Shown here piece by piece: positions 12,163 through 20,387 of a DNA stretch of 32,000 bases. The notes under the pieces were generated by a model, which was not told the origin of the DNA, did no database searches, and saw nothing but the letters and a program-made list of their open reading frames with translations. The translations under genes were made by a program, and so were the position numbers. The stretch's first letter is position 1. Every line of letters begins with the position of its first letter. The DNA comes from Nitrosospira multiformis ATCC 25196 (GTDB taxonomy: Bacteria > Pseudomonadota > Gammaproteobacteria > Burkholderiales > Nitrosomonadaceae): positions 1,410,001 through 1,442,000 of the forward strand of contig NC_007614.1 in assembly GCF_000196355.1 (NCBI RefSeq), given 5' to 3'.

Positions 12163-12205
12163 GATAATCAGGAACCCGCGGTGGGTTTTTTTGTAGCCAG
12201 GGCTG

Positions 12206-12219
12206 GCTGCTTAAGCAGC
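12206..12219. promoter_or_regulatory. Perfect 14-bp palindrome GCTGCTTAAGCAGC upstream of the porin gene
   Basis: The self-complementary sequence was read directly. It sits in an AT-rich divergent promoter region. It is a candidate dimeric regulator site, for example for the adjacent LuxR-type regulator, which is pure inference. Confidence 0.25.
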
Positions 12220-12361
12220 TTTGATCCGTAATGTAATAAATATCAAGAAATTTTCATATACCAAATTTGGAAGCTGTGGATGTTTTCTAATGATGAATAC
12301 TAAAAATTCCTGCATGATTGTGCAACCGATTATCAGTCGGGTAACAAAAGAAACTTTGGTA

Positions 12362-13714
12362 ATGAAGAACTTCATGCAAAGAGCAGATAAGGTACGAAAT
12401 AATGAATCGGCACCGGTCGAGGTGCGCCCGCGGAAACTTTTCTGCAAGCCACGGAAATTTCTCGTTCATGTTTGCAGCGTATCGCTTGCGATACTGGCGC
12501 TGATTATGGATTCCCTGTTTCTCTCCTCGTGGGCGCAGGCAGCAGAAGTCACGCTTCCAAAAGGTCCAAAGTATGCAATCGACGAAACTAAGTGGGTGAC
12601 GCTTGGAATAGGTTTCCGTGGAACCGGGCTATGGGTGGAAAATCCTGCCACGGGTAATCTCAGGAGCGGCGATTTCAGCATTGATAATGCCCGTTTTTAC
12701 TTGAATGGGCAGATACATCAGTACCTCAAGTTCGAAGTCAATACGGAATGTTTTTTCTGCAACAACACCCATCCCGGGGATAATCCGAAGATGTCGTACA
12801 ACGTACTCGATGCGATCGGAAAATTTGAGCTCAACCGTTATTTCAACATCTGGGGGGGCCGTATGCTGGTGCCGACCGAACGGGGCGAACTGAGCGGTCC
12901 TTTTTTTCAATCAACACATGACGCCTTCAAGACACCTTTTTTTTCCCAGGATTTCAGTACCAAATTTGGCAGCGGTGGAGCTGGACGCTATGGACGCGAC
13001 GATGGAGGCACATTCTGGGGAAGCCTTGAACCTGGCTTCATCAGCGGTACTCTGGGATATGCTGTCGGTGTCTACCGCGGAGTCCAGTCATCCCGTAGCG
13101 CCGGCCCCAATCAGGGCGATGACGTATTATGGGCTGGCCGTTTCACATATAACTTCTTGAATCCAGAAAAGAATCCTGGTTACTATACCAGCAGCACCTA
13201 TTTTGGCAAGGCCGGCGATATTCTCGCGCTTGCATTCGGCGTTTCATACCAGAAAAATGGCGCCGGCTCCTTCGCGCATCGAAGTGATTTCCTGGGACTG
13301 GTCGGGGACGCCCTTTTTGAAAAAGTGCTACCCCGGAACATGGGTGTAATCACCGCAAATGGTGAGTACAAGCAGTTTTATGCCAACTATTCACCTGCGG
13401 CGTTTCAAGATCCAGATTGCTTTTGCATGTTCGATGGTAAATCGTGGACAGTCACCGGGCTTTATCTCCTGCCCATGAGGATCGGTATTGGCCAGTTTCA
13501 ACCCTATGGCCGATTCACAAGTATCCAGCCAAATAACAGCAGCAACAGGGAAGAAATTGAAGCGGGTGTCAACTATATCATTGACGGTTTCAATGCTCGA
13601 ATTTCAGCGTACTACCAACACGGGGATCTATTCACCAAACGGCTGAACTATGCGCCGGATGTGGCTGGCGAGAAAGTTGATGTATTCAAGCTGTCGTTTC
13701 AACTGCAAATGTAG
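12362..13714 (+). CDS. Outer-membrane porin (context suggests a short-chain amide/urea-type porin)
   Basis: The signal peptide is KFLVHVCSVSLAILALIMDSLFLSSWAQA/AEV. The mature part is rich in Gly, aromatic and alternating residues, typical of beta-barrels (FELNRYFNIWGGRMLVP, GVNYIIDGFNARISAYYQHG, VFKLSFQLQM). The start is uncertain (ATG 12362/12374, GTG 12422, or track start 12221). The family assignment rests on context only. Confidence 0.7.
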   Translation: MKNFMQRADKVRNNESAPVEVRPRKLFCKPRKFLVHVCSVSLAILALIMDSLFLSSWAQAAEVTLPKGPKYAIDETKWVTLGIGFRGTGLWVENPATGNLRSGDFSIDNARFYLNGQIHQYLKFEVNTECFFCNNTHPGDNPKMSYNVLDAIGKFELNRYFNIWGGRMLVPTERGELSGPFFQSTHDAFKTPFFSQDFSTKFGSGGAGRYGRDDGGTFWGSLEPGFISGTLGYAVGVYRGVQSSRSAGPNQGDDVLWAGRFTYNFLNPEKNPGYYTSSTYFGKAGDILALAFGVSYQKNGAGSFAHRSDFLGLVGDALFEKVLPRNMGVITANGEYKQFYANYSPAAFQDPDCFCMFDGKSWTVTGLYLLPMRIGIGQFQPYGRFTSIQPNNSSNREEIEAGVNYIIDGFNARISAYYQHGDLFTKRLNYAPDVAGEKVDVFKLSFQLQM

Positions 13715-13949
13715 GCATTACATATTTCGGTCAAGCACTCGGCATGCATTTGATTTTTTATCCGGGAATGAGGTTTGAGGTGCGGAGAAGGAGATTTAGT
13801 TGAGTTATTCCGGGAGCGCCATCTTGAAATCAGCCGCAAAAACCCATTTGAACCCGCCTGATGGGAATTCGACACCTTCATCCGGCAGTATTGCTACTCT
13901 GTGCCCGCCCACCTCTTCTGAAGGAAGGCCATCGGATCCGAAGGTGAAT

Positions 13950-14789
13950 ATGGCTTCAGATTCTCCATTGAGAGCTCATTTGCGGTTGAAGTTTGCGGAG
14001 AGTTCCGGCATCACCCGCATGGTGGAGCGAGATCATCATGGCCCCTTGTTGGTGCAGAAACCTCTCTATCCGGAGGGTTATGAGGTATGCCAAGCTGTTG
14101 TCATACACCCGCCGGGAGGCGTGGTCGCAGGGGATGAATTGGGAATACGAGTACATGTCGGTCCATCCGCTCATGCTCAGATAACTTCTCCCGGCGCAAC
14201 AAAATGGTACAAATCCAAAGGTCGGACCGCACGCCAGCACGTTTACCTGCATGCGGAAGCAGGCGGTGTACTGGAGTGGATGCCGCAGGAAACGATTTTT
14301 TTCAATAATGCAAGAGTGATGCTCCATCACGAGGTCGAGCTGGAGAAAGATTCGGTTTACATGAGTTGCGAGATTCTATGCTTTGGTCGTACGGCATTCG
14401 GAGAATCGTTCGATAGCGGTGAGATAAAACAGCATACGAGTATCCGCCAGGAGGGAAAGCTGGTCTGGTTTGAGAAGCTTCGTCTGGAGGGCGGAAGCAA
14501 AGCGATGAATGGAAGGCTTGCACTTGCCGGCCGCGCCGTTTGCGCCACTTTTATCATGAGTGGCAAACCCCTTCCAGCGCAGGCGATCGATCTTGTACGG
14601 GAAGAGGCGGTGCGCATCGGCGGAGAATCGGGGCAGGTGGGGATTACCCAATTGAAATCGCTGCTGGTGGCACGTTTTCTGGGAGATTCGAGTGAAGTGG
14701 CCAGACATGTGATGCTTTGCATCTGGCGGGCCGTACGCCCCATCACGCTCGGCCGGCCTGCGATCGTGCCGCGCAGCTGGAATACCTGA
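13950..14789 (+). CDS. ureD: Urease accessory protein UreD
   Basis: The motifs LRLKFAESSGITRMVERDHHGPLLVQKPLYPEG...VVIHPPGGVVAGDEL are typical of UreD/UreH. ATG 13950 is preceded by GAAGGTG. The track start TTG 13800 adds 50 low-complexity residues and gives an atypical length. Confidence 0.9.
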   Translation: MASDSPLRAHLRLKFAESSGITRMVERDHHGPLLVQKPLYPEGYEVCQAVVIHPPGGVVAGDELGIRVHVGPSAHAQITSPGATKWYKSKGRTARQHVYLHAEAGGVLEWMPQETIFFNNARVMLHHEVELEKDSVYMSCEILCFGRTAFGESFDSGEIKQHTSIRQEGKLVWFEKLRLEGGSKAMNGRLALAGRAVCATFIMSGKPLPAQAIDLVREEAVRIGGESGQVGITQLKSLLVARFLGDSSEVARHVMLCIWRAVRPITLGRPAIVPRSWNT

Positions 14790-14817
14790 TGCTGTTCTGT
14801 TCTGCAAGTTTTGGAGG

Positions 14818-14872
14818 ATGGTGCTTGGAAAATCGCGGGAGGCATTTTTCCGCACCATTTGAGATTTTTAAT
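14818..14872 (+). terminator. Stem-loop plus U-rich tail in the ureD-ureA spacer (attenuator, partial terminator or RNA-stability element)
   Basis: ATGGTGC(14818-24)/GCACCAT(14852-58) and GGAAAA(14827-32)/TTTTCC(14846-51) form 13 bp with a 2-nt bulge and a 13-nt loop. TTGAGATTTTTAAT follows, and the ureA SD GAGGAG is at 14874-79. Confidence 0.4.
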
Positions 14873-14883
14873 GAGGAGATACG

Positions 14884-15186
14884 ATGGATCTGACACCGAG
14901 AGAGAAAGACAAGCTCCAGATATTCACTGCTGGATTGCTCGCGGAAAGACGAAAGGCGCGCGGTTTGCGGCTCAATTATCCCGAAGCGGTTGCCTTGATT
15001 ACCTGCGCGATTCTCGAGGGGGCGCGTGACGGTAATACGGTGGCAGAGCTGATGTCGGAGGGGCGAAAAGTTCTGACACGCGCCGATGTCATGGAAGGTG
15101 TGCCGGAAATGATTCCCGATATTCAGGTCGAGGCTACTTTCCCGGATGGTACCAAGCTCGTGACCGTCCACAATCCAATCGTATAA
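14884..15186 (+). CDS. ureA: Urease subunit gamma
   Basis: The 100-aa sequence [39 protein letters not shown]...TVHNPIV is the canonical UreA sequence. Confidence 0.98.
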   Translation: MDLTPREKDKLQIFTAGLLAERRKARGLRLNYPEAVALITCAILEGARDGNTVAELMSEGRKVLTRADVMEGVPEMIPDIQVEATFPDGTKLVTVHNPIV

Positions 15187-15209
15187 AGAGAAACCGTGGG
15201 AGATTAATA

Positions 15210-15551
15210 ATGGCAAAGACGGTAAGAAAGGCAAGAGATCCCCTCATACCAGGCGAGATAACCACACAACCCGGCGAGATCGAACTCAATGTCGGCAGAA
15301 AGACAAAGACATTGAAGGTTGCAAATGGTGGCGATCGCCCGATTCAAATTGGTTCCCATTTTCATTTTTACGAAGTCAACTCGGCGATGAAATTCGATCG
15401 CGAGGAAGCCTACGGCATGCGCCTGAACATTATGGCCGGAACGGCCGTGCGCTTCGAGCCCGGGCAGGAACGGACAGTGGAACTGGTGGAGCTGGCGGGT
15501 AACCGGATCGTCTATGGATTCAACCAGAAAGTAATGGGCAAGCTTAAGTAG
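15210..15551 (+). CDS. ureB: Urease subunit beta
   Basis: [20 protein letters not shown]...[17 protein letters not shown]...RFEPGQ is canonical UreB, with a 12-aa N-terminal extension. GGGAGA lies 6 nt upstream of the ATG. Confidence 0.97.
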   Translation: MAKTVRKARDPLIPGEITTQPGEIELNVGRKTKTLKVANGGDRPIQIGSHFHFYEVNSAMKFDREEAYGMRLNIMAGTAVRFEPGQERTVELVELAGNRIVYGFNQKVMGKLK

Positions 15552-15585
15552 AGATCGCCGCATCAAACGAGAAAGGAGCTAAAGA

Positions 15586-17292
15586 ATGAGTTTCAAGGTT
15601 TCCCGCCAGACTTACGCGGAATTGATGGGCCCTACGACCGGCGACCGGATTCGCCTGGCTGATACCGAGCTGATGATCGAAATCGAGAAGGATTTCACCA
15701 CCTATGGTGAAGAAGTGAAATTCGGGGGCGGCAAGGTAATACGCGACGGCATGGGGCAATCACAGCACAATCACGATCAAGTGATGGATACGGTCATCAC
15801 CAACGCGGTAATCATCGACCACTGGGGCATCGTCAAGGCTGATGTCGGTCTGAAGAACGGGAGGATCGCCGAGATCGGCAAAGCGGGCAATCCCGATATC
15901 CAGCCGAATGTTACGATGTCGATCGGCGCGGCGACGGAAATCATAGCCGGCGAGAACATGATTCTGACCGCGGGTGGAATCGATTCACATATCCACTTCA
16001 TTTCCCCGCAGCAGGCAGAAGATGCGATGATGAATGGCATTACCACGATGCTGGGGGGAGGCACTGGCCCGGCAGCGGGCACGGCAGCCACGACCTGTAC
16101 GCCGGGCCCCTGGCATATTCATTCCATGTTGCGGGCCTCGGATGGCATGGTGATGAACACCGGTTTTTACGGCAAGGGAAATGTAAGTCTTCCGACCCCG
16201 CTGGAAGAGCAGATTCTTGCCGGGGCATGCGGACTGAAGCTGCACGAAGACTGGGGTTCGACCTACGCAGCTATCGACAATTGCCTGGCGGTGGCGGACA
16301 AGTATGATGTCCAGGTTGCCGTTCACACAGATACCATCAATGAAGGCGGATATCTGGAAAACACGATTGCAGCCATGAAGGACCGTACCATCCATACTTT
16401 CCACACCGAGGGGGCCGGTGGAGGGCATGCGCCGGACATCATCGCCGTCGTAGGTCAGGAAAACGTGCTGCCCTCATCAACCAATCCAACCCGGCCTTAT
16501 ACCATCAACACGCTGGATGAACATCTCGACATGCTGATGGTATGCCATCACCTTCATGCCAACATCCCGGAAGATCTCGCGTTTGCCGAGTCGCGCATTC
16601 GTAAGGAGACCATAGCTGCGGAGGATATACTGCAGGATATGGGTGCAATCTCCATGATGTCCTCTGATTCGCAGGCGATGGGGCGGATTGGAGAGGTGGT
16701 TCTGCGTACCTGGCAAACCGCGCACAAAATGAAAATACAACGCGGGACTTTGCAGGAAGATACATCGAAGAATGATAATTTCCGCGTCAAACGCTACATC
16801 GCCAAATACACCATCAATCCGGCGATCACACATGGCATCTCGCACGCCCTCGGTTCGGTGGAGGTGGGCAAATATGCAGATCTGGTGTTGTGGCGGCCCG
16901 CGTTTTTTGGCGTAAAGCCTTCCGTGATTCTGAAAGGTGGAATGATTGCGGCATCTTTAATGGGTGATCCGAACGCCTCGATTCCCACCCCGCAACCTGT
17001 CCATTACCGTTACATGTTCGGGGGATATGGCGGGGGTATCAAGACCTCGTGCTTTACCTTTGTCTCACAGGCAGCGCTGGCTGCAGGTCTGGTCGATCAA
17101 TTGAAGCTGGATAAGAATCTGATCGAGGTCAAGAATACGCGCAACCTGCGCAAGAAAGATATGATCCATAACTCGGCGACACCTAAAATGGAAGTCGATC
17201 CGGAAACATACGAAGTTCGGGCGGATGGACAGTTGCTGACCTGCGGGGCGGAGGACGTTCTGCCGATGGCGCAAAGGTATTTCCTTTTTTAG
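15586..17292 (+). CDS. ureC: Urease subunit alpha
   Basis: 568 aa. Active-site motifs are present: [23 protein letters not shown] (carbamylated Lys), [21 protein letters not shown] and [10 protein letters not shown]. Confidence 0.99.
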   Translation: MSFKVSRQTYAELMGPTTGDRIRLADTELMIEIEKDFTTYGEEVKFGGGKVIRDGMGQSQHNHDQVMDTVITNAVIIDHWGIVKADVGLKNGRIAEIGKAGNPDIQPNVTMSIGAATEIIAGENMILTAGGIDSHIHFISPQQAEDAMMNGITTMLGGGTGPAAGTAATTCTPGPWHIHSMLRASDGMVMNTGFYGKGNVSLPTPLEEQILAGACGLKLHEDWGSTYAAIDNCLAVADKYDVQVAVHTDTINEGGYLENTIAAMKDRTIHTFHTEGAGGGHAPDIIAVVGQENVLPSSTNPTRPYTINTLDEHLDMLMVCHHLHANIPEDLAFAESRIRKETIAAEDILQDMGAISMMSSDSQAMGRIGEVVLRTWQTAHKMKIQRGTLQEDTSKNDNFRVKRYIAKYTINPAITHGISHALGSVEVGKYADLVLWRPAFFGVKPSVILKGGMIAASLMGDPNASIPTPQPVHYRYMFGGYGGGIKTSCFTFVSQAALAAGLVDQLKLDKNLIEVKNTRNLRKKDMIHNSATPKMEVDPETYEVRADGQLLTCGAEDVLPMAQRYFLF

Positions 17293-17301
17293 GGGCTATA
17301 G

Positions 17302-17832
17302 ATGCTCACCTTGAACACCAGGATAAACTCTGCGGACAAAGTATCCGCACAGCTCGTGCTACCGTATGAGTCGCGCGAAAACAGCCGCCTGCGCACCGCA
17401 CTTTCCTCAGGGGAAGAAGTAGCCATTTTCATCCCGCGAGGCACCGTGCTGCGGCACAACGATTTGCTCATGGGGGACGACGGTCGCGTGGTTCAGATCG
17501 TTGCCGCCCGGGAATCCACCTACCGCATCACCTGTGCAAACCCGCATGACTTGCTGCGTTGTGCCTTCCATCTGGGTAACCGCCATACTCAGACCCAGGT
17601 GGGTGAAGGGTTTTTGCGCATCGCCCGCGACAACGTGCTGAAGGAAATGTTGGAAGGACTCGGGGCAACAGTCATCGAGGAAGATGCACAGTTCGAGCCG
17701 GAGGCGGGGGCATACGGCAGCGGAGGGCATCATCATCATGGGGAGTCGAGCCAGGGGCATGCCCATGGTCCGCTCGCTCCGATTCCGGTGCACCAGAAAA
17801 TCCATCGTCCCTCCGACATTCCTTCCCGGTAA
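17302..17832 (+). CDS. ureE: Urease accessory metallochaperone UreE
   Basis: It is in the UreE position and has conserved motifs (AFHLGNRH). The His-rich C-terminus is GSGGHHHHGESSQGHAHGP. Confidence 0.93.
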   Translation: MLTLNTRINSADKVSAQLVLPYESRENSRLRTALSSGEEVAIFIPRGTVLRHNDLLMGDDGRVVQIVAARESTYRITCANPHDLLRCAFHLGNRHTQTQVGEGFLRIARDNVLKEMLEGLGATVIEEDAQFEPEAGAYGSGGHHHHGESSQGHAHGPLAPIPVHQKIHRPSDIPSR

Positions 17833-17834
17833 TA

Positions 17835-18515
17835 ATGAAAGAATACCGCGCCCTGCTGGCCCTGTTGCACCTTGCCAGCCCTTCGCTTCCGATCGGGGCT
17901 TATACGTATTCCCAGGGCCTGGAATCGGCCATTGAGCAAGGATTGGTTCGAGATGAAACCTCCGCACGCGAGTGGCTCGTTGAAATGCTGGGAATTTTTA
18001 CGGATTTCGAGTTGCCGATTCTGCAACGTCTGTTGAAGGCCTTTTCGGAGCGGGATGAGGCTGCGGTAAGCTTCTGGACGGAATGCTTCGTTGCTTCCCG
18101 CGAGACCTCGGAGTTTCGTGCCGAAACGGTGCAGATGGGGTATTCACTGGCAAAGTTGGTCATCGATCTCAAGCTCGGGGATGATTCGATGCGGGCAATC
18201 CTGGAAAACCAACAGGCGATTCCGCTCCCCACGGCATTTGCATGTGCTGCCGAAGCGTTGGGTATCCCGCACGAAGAGAGCTTGCTGGGCATGCTGTTTT
18301 CAATGGCCGAGAATCAGGTGCTGGCCTGTGTCAAATCGGTTCCGCTGGGCCAGCTTTCGGGGCAGCGGTTGCTATTGTCCCTGCATCCCGTCATTGAAGC
18401 CTGCTCGATTCGCGCAAGCCAGCTTACGGATGATGAGTTGTCGAGCTGGGCTCCCGGCTTGTCGCTGCTGTCGATGCAACACGAGGTTCAATACAGCCGA
18501 ATCTATCGATCGTAG
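17835..18515 (+). CDS. ureF: Urease accessory protein UreF
   Basis: LLHLASPSLPIGAYTYSQGLE is typical of the UreF N-terminus. It lies between ureE and ureG. Confidence 0.93.
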   Translation: MKEYRALLALLHLASPSLPIGAYTYSQGLESAIEQGLVRDETSAREWLVEMLGIFTDFELPILQRLLKAFSERDEAAVSFWTECFVASRETSEFRAETVQMGYSLAKLVIDLKLGDDSMRAILENQQAIPLPTAFACAAEALGIPHEESLLGMLFSMAENQVLACVKSVPLGQLSGQRLLLSLHPVIEACSIRASQLTDDELSSWAPGLSLLSMQHEVQYSRIYRS

Positions 18516-18534
18516 TTCTTGATGGGAACAGAAA

Positions 18535-19176
18535 ATGAACAAACAATCTAATCCACTCCGTGTCGGAATCGGTGGTCCCGTAGGTTCCGGAAAAACGGCC
18601 TTGTGTGAAGCGCTCAGCAAGAGAATGCGCGATCGGTATGAAATGGCTGTCATCACCAATGACATCTATACCAGGGAAGATATGGAAATTCTCCTGCGTG
18701 CCGATGCGCTGCCCCCGGAGCGTCTGATGGGCGTGGAAACGGGGGGATGTCCCCATACGGCCATCAGGGAGGATGCTTCCATCAATCTCGAGGCCGTCGC
18801 GCGCATGACTGCCGATTTTCCGGAACTCGATCTCATTCTGATCGAATCGGGCGGCGACAACCTTGCTTCCACCTTCAGCCCCGAACTTTCCGATCTGACG
18901 ATCTATGTCATAGACGTGGCCGGGGGCGAAAAAGTGCCGCGCAAGGGCGGGCCCGGTATTACCCGTGCTGCGTTACTCATCATCAACAAGATCGATCTTG
19001 CTCCCTACGTGGGAGCAAATCTCGAAATCATGGCACGGGACGCCAGGAAAATGCGTGGCGAACGGCCCTTCGTGTTTACCAACCTGCATACGGGGGAAGG
19101 AGTCGACCAGGTAATCGACTTCATCGTGAAGCAGGGACTGCTGGATGAGGTCCGGTCACAGCATCATCATGCCTGA
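18535..19176 (+). CDS. ureG: Urease accessory GTPase UreG
   Basis: The P-loop is [11 protein letters not shown]. Other motifs are [20 protein letters not shown] and NKIDL. The C-terminus ends SQHHHA. Confidence 0.97.
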
Positions 19177-19252
19177 TTTCCTTTTCCGGCAGCCTGGCAA
19201 AAGCGCGCTACTGCATCTTTCATACATAGTTTTGTAAGGGTTTCCATATATC

Positions 19253-20218
19253 ATGGACTGGGCATCCCGAGTCGACCGCGCGTTCCCTCAACCCCTGCGG
19301 GTGATTCTGAGAGGTGTTGGACAGGTATTTTTCTGCTGTAACGCATTAACCGGACTCATTTTTCTGATAGCGCTCTTTATCGGCGGAGTGGCTGCCGGGG
19401 CAGCGGCAACCGTAGGAGTGCTCACGAGTACCGTGACTGCCCATCTGCTGGCGTTCTCGAAAAAGGATATCGACGCCGGCCTGTATGGCTTCAACGGGAC
19501 GCTGGTAGGTCCCTGTCTGTTCCTGTTTCTGGAGCATTCCCCGCAGTTATGGCTGTACGTCATTCTTGCATCGATATTATCGAGTGTCGTGCTGGCTGCT
19601 CTCATGCGAATTCTTCGCCCCTACCAGGTTCCTGCCTCGACTTCGCCATTTGTCCTGACCTCGTGGATGTTCCTGGTCGCGGTCTACGGTTTTGAAAGTT
19701 TCACCCGCAGTCCCGTTTTGCCGGCTGCCGGTATTCCCGTTGCTGTTCCAGGCGCGGGCGGGCTGGCCGTCGAAAACTGGCCCGTCGCGCTATTCAAGGG
19801 GGTGGGCGAAGTCATGTTCGCGGATAGTGTGACAGTCGGTATTCTGTTTCTGGCCGGCATCGCCATTGTTTCCCTGCGCGGCGCCCTGATGGCGGTAGGC
19901 GGAGCCTTTGTCGGCATCGTCTTTCCGACCCTTCTGAACGCAAACCTGAATGCGATCGAAATGGGTCTGTACGCATTCAATCCGGTTTTGACGATGATGG
20001 CCATTGGCTGGGTGTTTCTCAAACCCAGCGGGAAAAGTGCCGCTCTCGCCGTGCTGGCGGGCCTGATGACAGTTGTATGCCAGGCAGGCCTTGCCAGCTT
20101 CCTTACCCCCATAGGCTTGCCGACTCTCACGTTCCCGTTTGTTCTGGTCATGTGGATGTTCCTGTTTGCCGCGGGAATGTCCAGACACTGGGCCGATCCG
20201 GATGCTGAAGGAGGATGA
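19253..20218 (+). CDS. Urea transporter, UT (SLC14-like) channel family
   Basis: 321 aa and polytopic. It has LRGVGQVFFCCNALTGLIFLIALF and the paired pore motifs YGFNGTLVG and YAFNPVLT typical of bacterial UT channels. It lies immediately downstream of ureG. Confidence 0.9.
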   Translation: MDWASRVDRAFPQPLRVILRGVGQVFFCCNALTGLIFLIALFIGGVAAGAAATVGVLTSTVTAHLLAFSKKDIDAGLYGFNGTLVGPCLFLFLEHSPQLWLYVILASILSSVVLAALMRILRPYQVPASTSPFVLTSWMFLVAVYGFESFTRSPVLPAAGIPVAVPGAGGLAVENWPVALFKGVGEVMFADSVTVGILFLAGIAIVSLRGALMAVGGAFVGIVFPTLLNANLNAIEMGLYAFNPVLTMMAIGWVFLKPSGKSAALAVLAGLMTVVCQAGLASFLTPIGLPTLTFPFVLVMWMFLFAAGMSRHWADPDAEGG

Positions 20219-20242
20219 GCGGGGGAGAGTGCCGGCCCGCTC
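20217..20242. terminator. GC-rich hairpin overlapping the urea-transporter stop codon (GAGCGGG-N12-CCCGCTC), no U-tract
   Basis: The 7-bp stem was read directly. A second hairpin, CCCGAG-N6-CTCGGG, lies at 20308-20325 between the convergent genes. Confidence 0.25.
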
Positions 20243-20387
20243 TATAGTTGATAGTCGGAGTTGAGAGCCCGGAAAAATCAACTTTTGCCTACTTCTGCCG
20301 TTGCTGTCCCGAGAATTGACTCGGGCTGTCGCCACTGCCCCTTAACGGTTTGCTGTGTACATGGGAAGCCGGAGGCCGTGAGGGACC

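Noticed and set aside
12173-12192. AACCC-GCGGT-GGGTT hairpin followed by T7 on the + strand in the kinase/porin intergenic region (possible sRNA terminator)
   Set aside because: The stem is only 5 bp and no upstream + strand gene or promoter could be identified. It is mentioned within the two-component finding but not called as a feature.
13800-13949. N-terminal extensions proposed by the ORF track for ureD (TTG 13800), nikR (TTG 8760), the STAND regulator (TTG 23474) and ftsB (ATG 3262)
   Set aside because: In each case a downstream ATG or GTG has a proper Shine-Dalgarno and gives a protein that matches the family N-terminus. The extensions add non-conserved residues.
13715-13949. Search for a sigma-54 (-24 GG / -12 GC) promoter or NikR-type box upstream of ureD and ureA
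   Set aside because: No GG-N10-GC element with TGGCAC/TTGC context and no GTATGA/TCATAC-type palindrome was found. The nearest look-alike (cGGCAGtattGCt) has the wrong spacing.
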